Assembly: GCA_963662795.1 (NCBI GenBank)
Contig: OY759746.1
Location: forward strand, 1,472,001 to 1,536,000
Reading direction: 5' to 3'
From: Spirochaetia bacterium
GTDB taxonomy: Bacteria > Spirochaetota > Spirochaetia > CADAEX01
Length of the DNA stretch: 64,000 nucleotides
Both the position numbers and the translations under genes were made by a program. Of the stretch, positions 1-9,213 are shown piece after piece; positions within the stretch are counted from its first letter, which is position 1, and every line of letters starts with the position of its first letter. Under the pieces are notes generated by a model. That model did no database searches and was not told where the DNA came from. It saw nothing but the letters and a program-made list of their open reading frames with translations.

Positions 1-1
1 T

Positions 2-505
2 GAGGAAAATGAATGGGCGGTCCGGATCCTTAACTGGAGAAATGCCGCAGGGCTTGGGGCCCAGGCTGTTTTTGCGCTGCAGGCGGTCTTTTACAGCGGG
101 ATGATATTTATAGTTTTCGGAGCGGTACTTGTAATCATGAACGCTCTTGTGATATCAGTTTTTGAGAGGATTCCTGAAATCGGAACCATGAGGGGGCTCG
201 GTGCAGGCCGCCGTTTTATCAGTACCCTTTTTATAACAGAATCCATGATTCTTACAATGAGTGCTTCAGCCGCCGGAATCCTCCTTGGGATTATAATCTC
301 GCAGATTACGCTTAAAACAGGCATAACAATTGAAAATGAACTTTTAATTACTCTTTTCGGCGGGAATGTCATCCGCCCGGAAGTAAGCCTTTCAGGTGTT
401 GTAAAACATCTTGTCATGGCATCTCTTGCCGGTTCTGTCGCATGGATATATCCGGTATCTCTTGCGATGAGAATCCAGCCGGTTGAGATTATGGGGAAGG
501 GCTGA
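2..505 (+). CDS. FtsX/LolE-type ABC transporter permease, C-terminal part (5' end outside window)
   Basis: Frame open from base 2 (EENEWAVRILNWRNAAG...); ERIPEIGTMRGLG permease motif; C-terminal YPVSLAMRIQPVE. Confidence 0.9.
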   Translation, partial: EENEWAVRILNWRNAAGLGAQAVFALQAVFYSGMIFIVFGAVLVIMNALVISVFERIPEIGTMRGLGAGRRFISTLFITESMILTMSASAAGILLGIIISQITLKTGITIENELLITLFGGNVIRPEVSLSGVVKHLVMASLAGSVAWIYPVSLAMRIQPVEIMGKG

Positions 506-507
506 TC

Positions 508-1800
508 ATGATGACTTTATTTCTGGCGCTGCGAAATCTTTTCCTGCAGCGGAAAAGATACCTTCTTGTTGCCGTGGCTATAGCGGCCGGATTTGCCCTG
601 GTTACTTTTCAGAGCGGTACTGCTTACGGCGCCATGGAAACAGTAATGGTTAAGGCGGCGCGCTATTTTTCAGGGCACGTGAGCATCTCAGGATACAGGA
701 AAAAGGAAAATGCAATAGAAAATCCTGAAGCAATTATAAATGCCGTAAAGTCAGCGGGCCTTCCTGTAAGGACAGTCTCGAAAAGGACCATCTATGCGGG
801 AAAAGAGGCAAGGCTATTCTTCGGAGGCAATTCAGTAAGGCTCAGGCGGCAGGTGGGATTTGATTTTGAGGGAGAAAGCGGAGAACTTGCAAGACTTCCC
901 TTCACGGAAGGGGGGATTGAGGGGATGGCAGAAAGTGAAGGGCATAACGGCATAATTATAAGCCGTGCCGCTGCCAGGCTGCTTGGGGCCCATCTCGGCG
1001 ATGATGTCAGCTTTTATTTGACTGCGGATAACGGACAACACAATACGGCGACAATGATAGTCCGGGGGATCTTTGATGAGACAAGCATATTCGGTTACGC
1101 TACCTATATGCGAAACGATGACCTGAACGCGCTCCTGCAGAGGCCGGAAGGGGCAGCAACCGAGATAGCGGTTTATGCCAGGGAAGGGGTAAATATTGTA
1201 AAATTCGCGGAAAAAATAAGGACTCTCCTCGATAGTGAGCATTCCGTGTTTCCTCCGATACTGCGCCGTGATGATTTCCCGTCCAAAAGAAACAGAAATA
1301 CGGAAAATGAAACTTTTGCCGTAATGTCGCTTGATGCCCATCTTGATCAGATAAAAAATCTTCTTGATGCTTTTCTCGCCGGGTCATACTTTATTTTTGT
1401 TGTTTTTATGCTTATTGTGATGATTGGCGTTCTTAATACCTACAGGGTAATGGTTTATGAAAGGACAAGGGAAATCGGGACCATGCGGGCAATAGGAATG
1501 CAGAGGGGGCAGGTTAAGGCGCTTTTTCTCTATGAGGCAACCGGTCTTGTAACTTTATCCTCAGCCACTGGTTTTGTTATCGGGATTCTGCTTCTTTACG
1601 CGGCCGGTACAGTTGATTTAAGCGGGATAACCGCCTCGGCCCTTTTTACTGAGTCCGGACGGCTGAAATTTTATTTAAGTCCGGGTATTATTTTTACCAA
1701 CTTTCTGATTATGGCTTTTACAGTGCTGCTTGCGGCATGGGGGCCGGCAGACAGGGCCGGTAAAATGCCTCCGGCAGAGGCCCTTGGCAAAAACGGTTAA
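508..1800 (+). CDS. FtsX/LolC-E-type ABC transporter permease
   Basis: LALRNLF N-terminus, large periplasmic domain, ERTREIGTMRAIG motif, C-terminal PADRAGKMPPAEAL. Confidence 0.9.
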   Translation: MMTLFLALRNLFLQRKRYLLVAVAIAAGFALVTFQSGTAYGAMETVMVKAARYFSGHVSISGYRKKENAIENPEAIINAVKSAGLPVRTVSKRTIYAGKEARLFFGGNSVRLRRQVGFDFEGESGELARLPFTEGGIEGMAESEGHNGIIISRAAARLLGAHLGDDVSFYLTADNGQHNTATMIVRGIFDETSIFGYATYMRNDDLNALLQRPEGAATEIAVYAREGVNIVKFAEKIRTLLDSEHSVFPPILRRDDFPSKRNRNTENETFAVMSLDAHLDQIKNLLDAFLAGSYFIFVVFMLIVMIGVLNTYRVMVYERTREIGTMRAIGMQRGQVKALFLYEATGLVTLSSATGFVIGILLLYAAGTVDLSGITASALFTESGRLKFYLSPGIIFTNFLIMAFTVLLAAWGPADRAGKMPPAEALGKNG

Positions 1801-2628
1801 GTGCGCCCTATGTCAAAATACAGGTTTTACGGAGTTTGTGCAGTGATAATAAAAAAATATTTTACGGTTCTGCTTTATTTTATTCTGGCTTCGGGCATGT
1901 TATGTGCCCAAACAATCGAAGATTATAAAAAGCTGCTTAAAAAGGTAGATGCCAATGTTACTTTTAATAAATCGGATTTATCGGCTGAATATACAATAGT
2001 TAAAAGGGACCCCGGCGGGTCTACCTCAACAACAGTGGCGGCCATGTTCAGGCGGGATAAAACAGACCAGTTTCTTATCCTTGTTCTTGAGCCTGTTTCT
2101 GACAAGGGGAAGGGCTACCTCAAAATCGGGGACAACCTGTGGCTTTATGACCCTGTCGGGCGGAGTTTTACCTTTACAAGCGCAAGGGAGAGGTTTCAGA
2201 ATTCAAGCGCGAGAAATTCCGATTTCAACAGGTCGAATTTTTCAAATGACTACCGCCCTGTCTCAGGCAGGAGAGAAAAACTTGGCCGTTTTGAGTGCAC
2301 CGTCCTTGAGCTTGAAGCTGTAAATACAAGTGTTTCTTTCCCGAAAATGATTATATGGGTATCAGATAACGATAACCTTGTAAGGAAGATTGAGGATTAC
2401 AGCCTTTCGGGACAGCTGATGAGAACTACCGCGGTACCCAGTTATCAGAAAGTCGGGAATCTCTGGGTCCCCCAGGCCCTTGTTATACTTGATCACCTTA
2501 ATTCAAAAGTCATATCCGGAAAGACCGAGTATGAACGGACAACCATTACAATAAAAAATCCTTCAGTTGCGGATATTCCTGATTCAGTCTATACAAAAGA
2601 ATATCTTGAAAAGGTAAATACCAGATGA
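1801..2628 (+). CDS. LolA-like outer-membrane lipoprotein-sorting protein (start uncertain)
   Basis: Signal peptide (…GMLCA); EPVSDKGKGYLKIGDNLWLYDP and 'ERFQNS' patterns typical of LolA-like sorting proteins found next to LolCE-like permeases. Confidence 0.75.
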   Translation: MRPMSKYRFYGVCAVIIKKYFTVLLYFILASGMLCAQTIEDYKKLLKKVDANVTFNKSDLSAEYTIVKRDPGGSTSTTVAAMFRRDKTDQFLILVLEPVSDKGKGYLKIGDNLWLYDPVGRSFTFTSARERFQNSSARNSDFNRSNFSNDYRPVSGRREKLGRFECTVLELEAVNTSVSFPKMIIWVSDNDNLVRKIEDYSLSGQLMRTTAVPSYQKVGNLWVPQALVILDHLNSKVISGKTEYERTTITIKNPSVADIPDSVYTKEYLEKVNTR

Positions 2629-3827
2629 ATTTCAGGAAAAATGCCTCATTTATAAAGCTGCCGGCTTTACTGCTCTGCGGCTTTTTGTTTTTTTACCCGT
2701 CTGCCTTGTACTCACAGGAAGCGGAGTCAAGTTCGGACCTGGATTCCCTTTTTGAGGATGCCCCTGAGGATATTGTGGCAGAGGATACACAGACCGACCA
2801 CCTGACCCAGTTTCAGGAAACCGAGAAAATGAAGGTAAGCGGCAATTTTACCGCTAAGGGAGGCGCGGCCTTCGGCTGGGAAAGCCTTCCTGAAAGCGGC
2901 GGGAGTCTTACTGACGGGCTTGGGTTTACTCCGGGGGCACGATCGCTTGCGAGACTGACTTTTGATTCAAGACCCAGCACGGTGTTCAGTATGTACGGCA
3001 GCTTTTATACGGAAATTGACCCTTCAGAAGGGGAGAACAACTGGTCGGAACCTGTTATTGATGAGCTTTTCAGCGATTACAATTGGCTTGACAAAGCCTT
3101 TATCAGGATGGGAAAGCACAGGGTAACCTGGGGACAGGGGCGTATATATACCCCCGGTGATCTTATGTCCGCAAGTGAAGACGGCGCTACATTCAGGGTA
3201 AGTATGCCTACCCTTCTTGACGGTGTCTCGTTTGTCTCTTTGCTTGATGAAAGTTTTATCGGCGAAGATGAATCGTTATCCGCATACGATCTTGCTTATG
3301 GAGTACTTGCTGACAAGATATTCGGCGGCATAAGGCTTTCCGCAGGAACCCGCTGGCAGAGAGATCTTGGGTTTACTTCACTTGTTTCTTTTAAAAAAGT
3401 TTTATGGAAAACCGATCTGCTTTCGGATTTTATCCTTCATTACAATGATGATGAAATTGATTTTGAGACGCTTGCCGGTTTTTTCAGGGAATGGCCGCAG
3501 TATAAACTATACGGTGAATACTATTTTAACGGAAGAACAGAATCATGTGATGACCATAACATAGGCCTTGCCGGCACATATAAGAATATTTTCTCGACTC
3601 CGCTTGATTTCGGAATTGAGTGGCTTCATGCTTTCATGAATGATTCGGGGCGTCTTACAACCGGCGTTTCCTGGAAACCGTGGAAACTGGTTACTGCAAG
3701 TATCGGGGTACCTTTTTTCTACGGTAACTATGAAAACAGGTATGAAGAGGATGATGATGATGTGAACCTTCTCTCTGAAAGAAAGCTGTCGTTCGCCTTT
3801 TTTCTTGAGCTATCTTCCTCTTTTTAA
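2625..3827 (+). CDS. Putative outer-membrane beta-barrel protein
   Basis: Signal peptide, acidic N-terminal plug (DLDSLFED), GKHRVTWGQG motif, alternating beta-strand pattern, terminal Phe (FFLELSSSF). Confidence 0.6.
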   Translation: MNFRKNASFIKLPALLLCGFLFFYPSALYSQEAESSSDLDSLFEDAPEDIVAEDTQTDHLTQFQETEKMKVSGNFTAKGGAAFGWESLPESGGSLTDGLGFTPGARSLARLTFDSRPSTVFSMYGSFYTEIDPSEGENNWSEPVIDELFSDYNWLDKAFIRMGKHRVTWGQGRIYTPGDLMSASEDGATFRVSMPTLLDGVSFVSLLDESFIGEDESLSAYDLAYGVLADKIFGGIRLSAGTRWQRDLGFTSLVSFKKVLWKTDLLSDFILHYNDDEIDFETLAGFFREWPQYKLYGEYYFNGRTESCDDHNIGLAGTYKNIFSTPLDFGIEWLHAFMNDSGRLTTGVSWKPWKLVTASIGVPFFYGNYENRYEEDDDDVNLLSERKLSFAFFLELSSSF

Positions 3828-4528
3828 GGACTCTGCCTTATGTTTTCCGCCACAAGACCGTCCTTCAGCCTGATGATGTGGTCAGCTATTGAGAAGATAT
3901 TCTGGTCATGTGTTGAAAATATAAAGGTTGTGTGCAGGGTGCTGTTTATCCTCTTCATAAGCCCGATTATTTCTTCGCCGGTTTTACTGTCAAGGTTAGC
4001 TGTAGGTTCATCCGCGAGAACTATCTGAGGTTTTGTTACAAGAGCCCTGGCAATGGCCACCCTCTGTCTCTGTCCGCCCGAGAGTTCATTCGGCCTGTGG
4101 TTCTTCCATTTCGTAAGGCCTACTGATTCTATCAGGTGATCAATATACTCTGTTTCAGATGATCTGCCGGATTCTGATTTTTTCCTTTTTCCCAGCAGCA
4201 GCGGGAATTCAATATTCTCAAAAACATTCAGCACGGGAAGAAGGTTGAAAGACTGAAATATAAATCCTATATATTTATGCCTGAGTTTGGTAATTTCACG
4301 GTCGGAGAGAGAGCCTGTCTGGAGGCTGTTTACTGTCACGGTGCCTGATGTCGGGACATCAATGCAGCCTATCATATTCAGTATTGTTGATTTTCCCGAA
4401 CCGGAAGGACCGATTATCGAGATAAAATCCCCTTTTTCTATTTCAAAAGAGATTCCGTTGACTGCTGTTACTTCGGTTTTTCCAAGGGGATAGGTTTTCC
4501 TTACATCCTTAAGCCTTACTATAGCCAT
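3824..4528 (-). CDS. LolD/MacB-type ABC transporter ATP-binding protein
   Basis: Walker A GPSGSGKS, IGFIFQSFNL, signature LSGGQRQRVAIARAL, Walker B LADEPTANLD, STHD. Confidence 0.95.
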   Translation of the reverse strand: MAIVRLKDVRKTYPLGKTEVTAVNGISFEIEKGDFISIIGPSGSGKSTILNMIGCIDVPTSGTVTVNSLQTGSLSDREITKLRHKYIGFIFQSFNLLPVLNVFENIEFPLLLGKRKKSESGRSSETEYIDHLIESVGLTKWKNHRPNELSGGQRQRVAIARALVTKPQIVLADEPTANLDSKTGEEIIGLMKRINSTLHTTFIFSTHDQNIFSIADHIIRLKDGLVAENIRQSP

Positions 4529-4665
4529 TTACCCTCCAGTCGCTGATTGAGGGATTATAGCAATTTTAGGCTCCATGTTGCAAGGCTGGCGGCCTTAAAC
4601 ACTGCTGCCGTTTAAGACTCAGAAGGCCTTGAATATTTCATGCTTACTGCATAATATTTTCACCT

Positions 4666-5733
4666 GTGAACAAAGATATTAATTACGCCGGCCGCCGGTT
4701 GGGCATATTTACCGCAGGGTTCCGCTGGAGCGGGTCAAGCGCGTTAAGCGACTGGCTTGAATCATTTTCATCAGTCAGAAAACCGCCGGGATGCCAGGCT
4801 GCCTATGATGAAATCAGGGCTCTTAACTATGGCCTTACTCTTGTGATAAAGGCAGTTGAGAAAACGCCCCTTTACGGCGAGCAGCTTTCCAGGTACTCAA
4901 TGTATCCCGATAAGAGCCGGTGGAACAGTATCTTCGGAAAGCCCCTTTCCCTGAAGACAGTATGCACTGATGCCCTGTTTATGACTGCCGCGAAAGGAAA
5001 GCTTAATCCGGGCCTTGAAAGCTACGGCCCTCTTTTAAGCACTTCCCTCGGCCGGGACTACAGAAGCGATACTGAATATATCAAAACCATAGGTAATCTG
5101 ACAGAAGCGGCCAGAAGCCTCATCAAAAAATATCCCGGCAGGCGTAGCTGGGAAGCTGTTGCGGGAGATAAGGATTTTTCCTCATCTGTTTCGGCCTTTC
5201 TCGGGCTTTTTTATGAAAGGCTCAGCTCATCCGGCGTTGTCCCGGTCTTTGATAACGCGATATCAGCCCTTAATCCCCGGTTTTTTGATCTTGTGGAAAA
5301 CTCTGTTTTCCCCGTGCAGCTTATCATGTTTGTAAAACGGGACCCGAGGGACCAGTTCGCGGAGCTTGTAAAATACAGCGCTAAAACTTTTTCCTTTATG
5401 GTCCGCTCTTTCATAAAGGATTACAGAAGGAACATAACCCGCTCCTTAAACTACACTTCCATATCAGGCGGCCGCCCGGATTCAGGGAAAATCATCCGGC
5501 TGATAGATTTTGAGGATTTTGTTTATGATACAAGCGGAATCAGAAGGGAGATGGGATCAGTTCTTTCAGGGCTTCTCTCTGATTTTTCATTTTCCGCTGA
5601 TTTTGATCCCCGTTTTTTTAATCCAGAAAAATCCAAACCTAATATCGGGATATGGAAAAATTCCGGAATGAAAAAGGAAATGGATCTGATTAAAAAAAGT
5701 CTGCCCGAATTCCTCAGGCCGGAATCTGACTGA
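4666..5733 (+). CDS. Sulfotransferase-like P-loop protein
   Basis: N-terminal GFRWSGSSALSDWL loop, RDPRDQ motif and FEDFV segment resemble PAPS-binding sulfotransferase motifs; sits next to glycan genes. Confidence 0.5.
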   Translation: MNKDINYAGRRLGIFTAGFRWSGSSALSDWLESFSSVRKPPGCQAAYDEIRALNYGLTLVIKAVEKTPLYGEQLSRYSMYPDKSRWNSIFGKPLSLKTVCTDALFMTAAKGKLNPGLESYGPLLSTSLGRDYRSDTEYIKTIGNLTEAARSLIKKYPGRRSWEAVAGDKDFSSSVSAFLGLFYERLSSSGVVPVFDNAISALNPRFFDLVENSVFPVQLIMFVKRDPRDQFAELVKYSAKTFSFMVRSFIKDYRRNITRSLNYTSISGGRPDSGKIIRLIDFEDFVYDTSGIRREMGSVLSGLLSDFSFSADFDPRFFNPEKSKPNIGIWKNSGMKKEMDLIKKSLPEFLRPESD

Positions 5734-5758
5734 AAAGCTTTACAGGGGGTTTTATATT

Positions 5759-6745
5759 GTGATTTGTGTTGTGGGGGGATCCGGATTTATCGGCACCAGG
5801 CTGTGCAGACGGCTTAATGCCGGTAAGAGAGAGTTTTCAATTGCTGACAAGTCAATGAGCCGCACTTTCGGAAGCCTGACAGAGATTGCGGATGTGAGGG
5901 ACGTTGAGTCGCTTGGAAGGGCAGTCGGCGCTCCTGAAATACTTGTTAATCTTGCGGCTGAGCATCATGATAATGTGAGACCTTTAAGCCTTTATGACGA
6001 TGTAAATGTTAAAGGCGCTGAGAATGTCTGCGCTGTTGCGCGCGAAAAGAAGATCAATCATATAATTTTTACAAGTTCTGTCGCTGTATACGGGTTTGCC
6101 CCTTCAGATACGGATGAAAATGGTCAGATAAACTATTTTAACGATTACGGAAGAACTAAATGGCTTGCGGAGAAGGTTTACAGAAAATGGCAGGAAGAGG
6201 CCCCTCTTGAAAGAACCCTTGTCATAATCCGGCCGGCAGTTGTATTTGGAGAGCAGAACAGGGGCAATGTCTATAATCTTCTCCATCAGATGGCATCAGG
6301 CCGTTTTGCAATGGTCGGGAACGGAAGAAACAGAAAATCAATGGCTTATGTCGAGAATGTTGCCGCGTTTCTTGAACATTCCATGAATTTCAAACCGGGC
6401 ATACACCTTTATAACTATGCCGATAAACCTGATTTTGACATGAACACCCTTGTTTCTCTTGTCAGAAATACTCTCGGGCGCAAAAAGAGCTTTAATTTAA
6501 GGGTCCCCTATTCTATGGGGCTTCTGGCCGGATATATGTTTGATGCCGCATCATTTATAACAGGGAAAAAATTTACCATCAGCAGCATCAGGGTAAAAAA
6601 ATTCTGTTCTGAAACGCAGTTCGCCTCAAGTGCTTACAAAAGCGGGTTTAAGCCCCCGCATGAACTTGAAGATGCGCTGATAAAAACAATCAGATATGAG
6701 TTTATTGACCGAAACAATGACAGGGAACTTTTTTACTCTGAATAG
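5759..6745 (+). CDS. NAD-dependent epimerase, Gnu-like (UndPP-GlcNAc 4-epimerase family)
   Basis: GGSGFIG, LAAEHHDNV, YFNDYGRTK (YxxxK), VFGEQNRGNVYNL, KSMAYVEN and ISSIRVKKFC match the Gnu subfamily as I recall it. Confidence 0.8.
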   Translation: MICVVGGSGFIGTRLCRRLNAGKREFSIADKSMSRTFGSLTEIADVRDVESLGRAVGAPEILVNLAAEHHDNVRPLSLYDDVNVKGAENVCAVAREKKINHIIFTSSVAVYGFAPSDTDENGQINYFNDYGRTKWLAEKVYRKWQEEAPLERTLVIIRPAVVFGEQNRGNVYNLLHQMASGRFAMVGNGRNRKSMAYVENVAAFLEHSMNFKPGIHLYNYADKPDFDMNTLVSLVRNTLGRKKSFNLRVPYSMGLLAGYMFDAASFITGKKFTISSIRVKKFCSETQFASSAYKSGFKPPHELEDALIKTIRYEFIDRNNDRELFYSE

Positions 6746-6769
6746 AAACTGATATAAATACAATTATTA

Positions 6770-7816
6770 TTAATCAGGGAAATTATAGGGATTGAGCAGT
6801 GATGATGCCCTGCTTCCTGATATTTCAACTTCAAGTGTATTGTCCGGCCCTGATGATAAATTGGGGGAAATCAGCATTGGAAGTGAGTCAGCATAACGGA
6901 TTTTGTATCTATGATTGTGTCCGGTTATAATTAACCGGATGTCATGTTTTTTATAAAATTCTATGGCTTCATCATAATCAGCAAACTCATCATCTACCGG
7001 ATGATGCTGTACGGCAAAAACATTTTTACCCTTTTTTTCGGCATTATAAAGTATATTATCAGCCCATTTTATTGTATCCCCGGAAATGTGTCCGTCAGGC
7101 GGAGTAACCCTGAATGGAAAACCCCTGTTTCTTTTCCATTGGGCTGTATCGAGACATAGAAGAACAAGACCCGGCAGGGGCTCAACAGCATAAGACAGGG
7201 AGGTTTTATCCCTTGAAAATGCTTCTCTGTAACCGAATTCGCCGTAAATCTCTGAAAAATCTTTTGCTGAAATATTTTTTGCGTGCCTGGGTTTGTTTTT
7301 AAGAAACTGAAGCCCTTTGGAATTTTTTACATCGTGGTTTCCCGGAACAACATAGGCCTGTATCCCTGATTTTTCGAAATCAAGCAGGATCTCCGCAAGC
7401 AGTATATGGCTTGCCTTGTCTCCGTTTACAGTAAGGTCCCCAGGTATGACAATGAAGTCTGCCTCAGAACCTGCAGCCCTATCAAGGGCAAATCTGGTAT
7501 TCTCAAAGTTATCATCAAATACTTTTTTTGTTATTTTAAGGTAACTGTTCCATGCCTGGTAATCATTTACAAGTGTGTCAGAGTCATACCCGTGCAGATC
7601 GCCGAGTACTGTCATTGTGAAATCACGGTTTCCCGGTTTTATGCGAAAAATATATGGATTGCCTGTTATGTCTTCTGCTTCTGATATGTAAGTGTAGTCT
7701 TCCAGCGGTGTTTTTACAGAAGCGCATGAAAAAGATATTACGGACAATATTGACAGTATAATTGCTGAAAAAAACAATCTGTTGCTTTTTCTCAGGTACT
7801 CGGTATTTTCAGACAT
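6770..7816 (-). CDS. Calcineurin-like metallophosphoesterase, probable lipoprotein
   Basis: GDLH, GDLT, PGNHD, QHHP, TGHNH motifs; lipobox-like SFSC after a hydrophobic stretch. Confidence 0.88.
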   Translation of the reverse strand: MSENTEYLRKSNRLFFSAIILSILSVISFSCASVKTPLEDYTYISEAEDITGNPYIFRIKPGNRDFTMTVLGDLHGYDSDTLVNDYQAWNSYLKITKKVFDDNFENTRFALDRAAGSEADFIVIPGDLTVNGDKASHILLAEILLDFEKSGIQAYVVPGNHDVKNSKGLQFLKNKPRHAKNISAKDFSEIYGEFGYREAFSRDKTSLSYAVEPLPGLVLLCLDTAQWKRNRGFPFRVTPPDGHISGDTIKWADNILYNAEKKGKNVFAVQHHPVDDEFADYDEAIEFYKKHDIRLIITGHNHRYKIRYADSLPMLISPNLSSGPDNTLEVEISGSRASSLLNPYNFPD

Positions 7817-7888
7817 GTTATTAATTTAGTATAGTGACATGTATAAATCAATAAAAAGAGACATATTCATCTTTCATCGGAGAAATAT

Positions 7889-9211
7889 ATGAAAATTGCT
7901 GTTATCGGAACAGGATATGTAGGACTGGTTTCCGGCGCGTGTTTCGCGGAATTCGGCTGGGACGTTACATGCATTGATAAAAATACGGAAAGGATAACTT
8001 CCCTTGAAAAAGGGGTCATGCCGATATATGAACCGGGACTTGAAGCGCTTGTAATTAAAAACACATCCGCGGGAAGGCTTTCTTTTTCTCTTGAATACGC
8101 GCCGCATGTTGAAAATGCCGATATCGTGTTCATTGCTGTCGGGACTCCTGAAAGAAGGGGCGGGGGCTACGCTGATCTTACCTATGTTTATCAGGCAGCG
8201 GCCGAAATAGCTCATCACCTGAAAGGATATACTGTAATAGTTGATAAAAGCACTGTTCCTGTAGGAACTGCGAGAAATGTGGAAAGGATAATAAGAGAGC
8301 AAAATCCTGAAGCTGATTTTGATGTGGCATCAAATCCCGAATTCCTCCGTGAAGGGTCCGCGATCGGGGATTTCATGAGGCCGGACCGGGTTGTTCTGGG
8401 CGCTGAAAGCGATAAGGCGAAGGAAATGCTTAAAGAACTTTACAGGCCGCTTTTCCTTCTTGAGACGCCGATGCTTATAACCGGCCTTGAAACCGCGGAA
8501 CTTATAAAATACGCGAGCAACTCGTTTCTTGCGGCAAAGATTTCTTTTATTAATGAAATCGCGAACCTCTGCGAAAAGGTGGGGGCGGATGTCAAGGATG
8601 TTTCCCGCGGAATGGGACTTGATAAAAGGATAGGCTCTAAATTTCTTCATGCAGGCCCCGGATACGGCGGCTCCTGCTTTCCAAAGGATGTTTCAGCTCT
8701 TGTCAAAATATTCCACGATAACGGTATGACGGGCCGTATCCTTGAGGCTGTCGTCAATGTGAATAATTCCCAGAAATCCCTTATGGTAGGCAAAATCAGA
8801 TTTGCACTCGGAGGCAGTGAATACGGAAAAACAATCGCCATACTGGGGCTCACTTTTAAACCCGAAACAGATGACATGAGGGAGGCACCCGCGCTAACCA
8901 TAATTCCCGCGCTTCTTGACGGAGGGGCGAAAATTAGCGCGGCTGACCCGGCAGGGATAAACGAGGCAAAAAGACTTCTTCCTGAAGGGATCTCATATTT
9001 TGATGATGCCTATGAGGCCTGCAGGGGAGCGGATGCCGTTGTTCTTCTTACCGAGTGGAATCAGTACAGGGCCCTAAACTTTAAAAAGCTTAAAGATTTG
9101 ATGACTGGAAGGATTTTCATTGATCTTAGAAATGTATTTAATTCCATGATTCTGAAGAACGCAGGATTTGATTATTTCTGTGTCGGGCATGGTGAGAGGG
9201 TTCAGGAGTAG
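7889..9211 (+). CDS. ugd: UDP-glucose 6-dehydrogenase
   Basis: GTGYVGL, KSTVPVGT, SNPEFLREG, GYGGSCFPKD (catalytic Cys), FKPETDDMRE. Confidence 0.95.
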   Translation: MKIAVIGTGYVGLVSGACFAEFGWDVTCIDKNTERITSLEKGVMPIYEPGLEALVIKNTSAGRLSFSLEYAPHVENADIVFIAVGTPERRGGGYADLTYVYQAAAEIAHHLKGYTVIVDKSTVPVGTARNVERIIREQNPEADFDVASNPEFLREGSAIGDFMRPDRVVLGAESDKAKEMLKELYRPLFLLETPMLITGLETAELIKYASNSFLAAKISFINEIANLCEKVGADVKDVSRGMGLDKRIGSKFLHAGPGYGGSCFPKDVSALVKIFHDNGMTGRILEAVVNVNNSQKSLMVGKIRFALGGSEYGKTIAILGLTFKPETDDMREAPALTIIPALLDGGAKISAADPAGINEAKRLLPEGISYFDDAYEACRGADAVVLLTEWNQYRALNFKKLKDLMTGRIFIDLRNVFNSMILKNAGFDYFCVGHGERVQE

Positions 9212-9213
9212 GG

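Noticed and set aside
6944-7684. Short plus-strand ORFs opposite the metallophosphoesterase, and the many similar antisense ORFs across the window
   Set aside because: They are shadows of well-supported genes on the other strand and have no motifs or SD.
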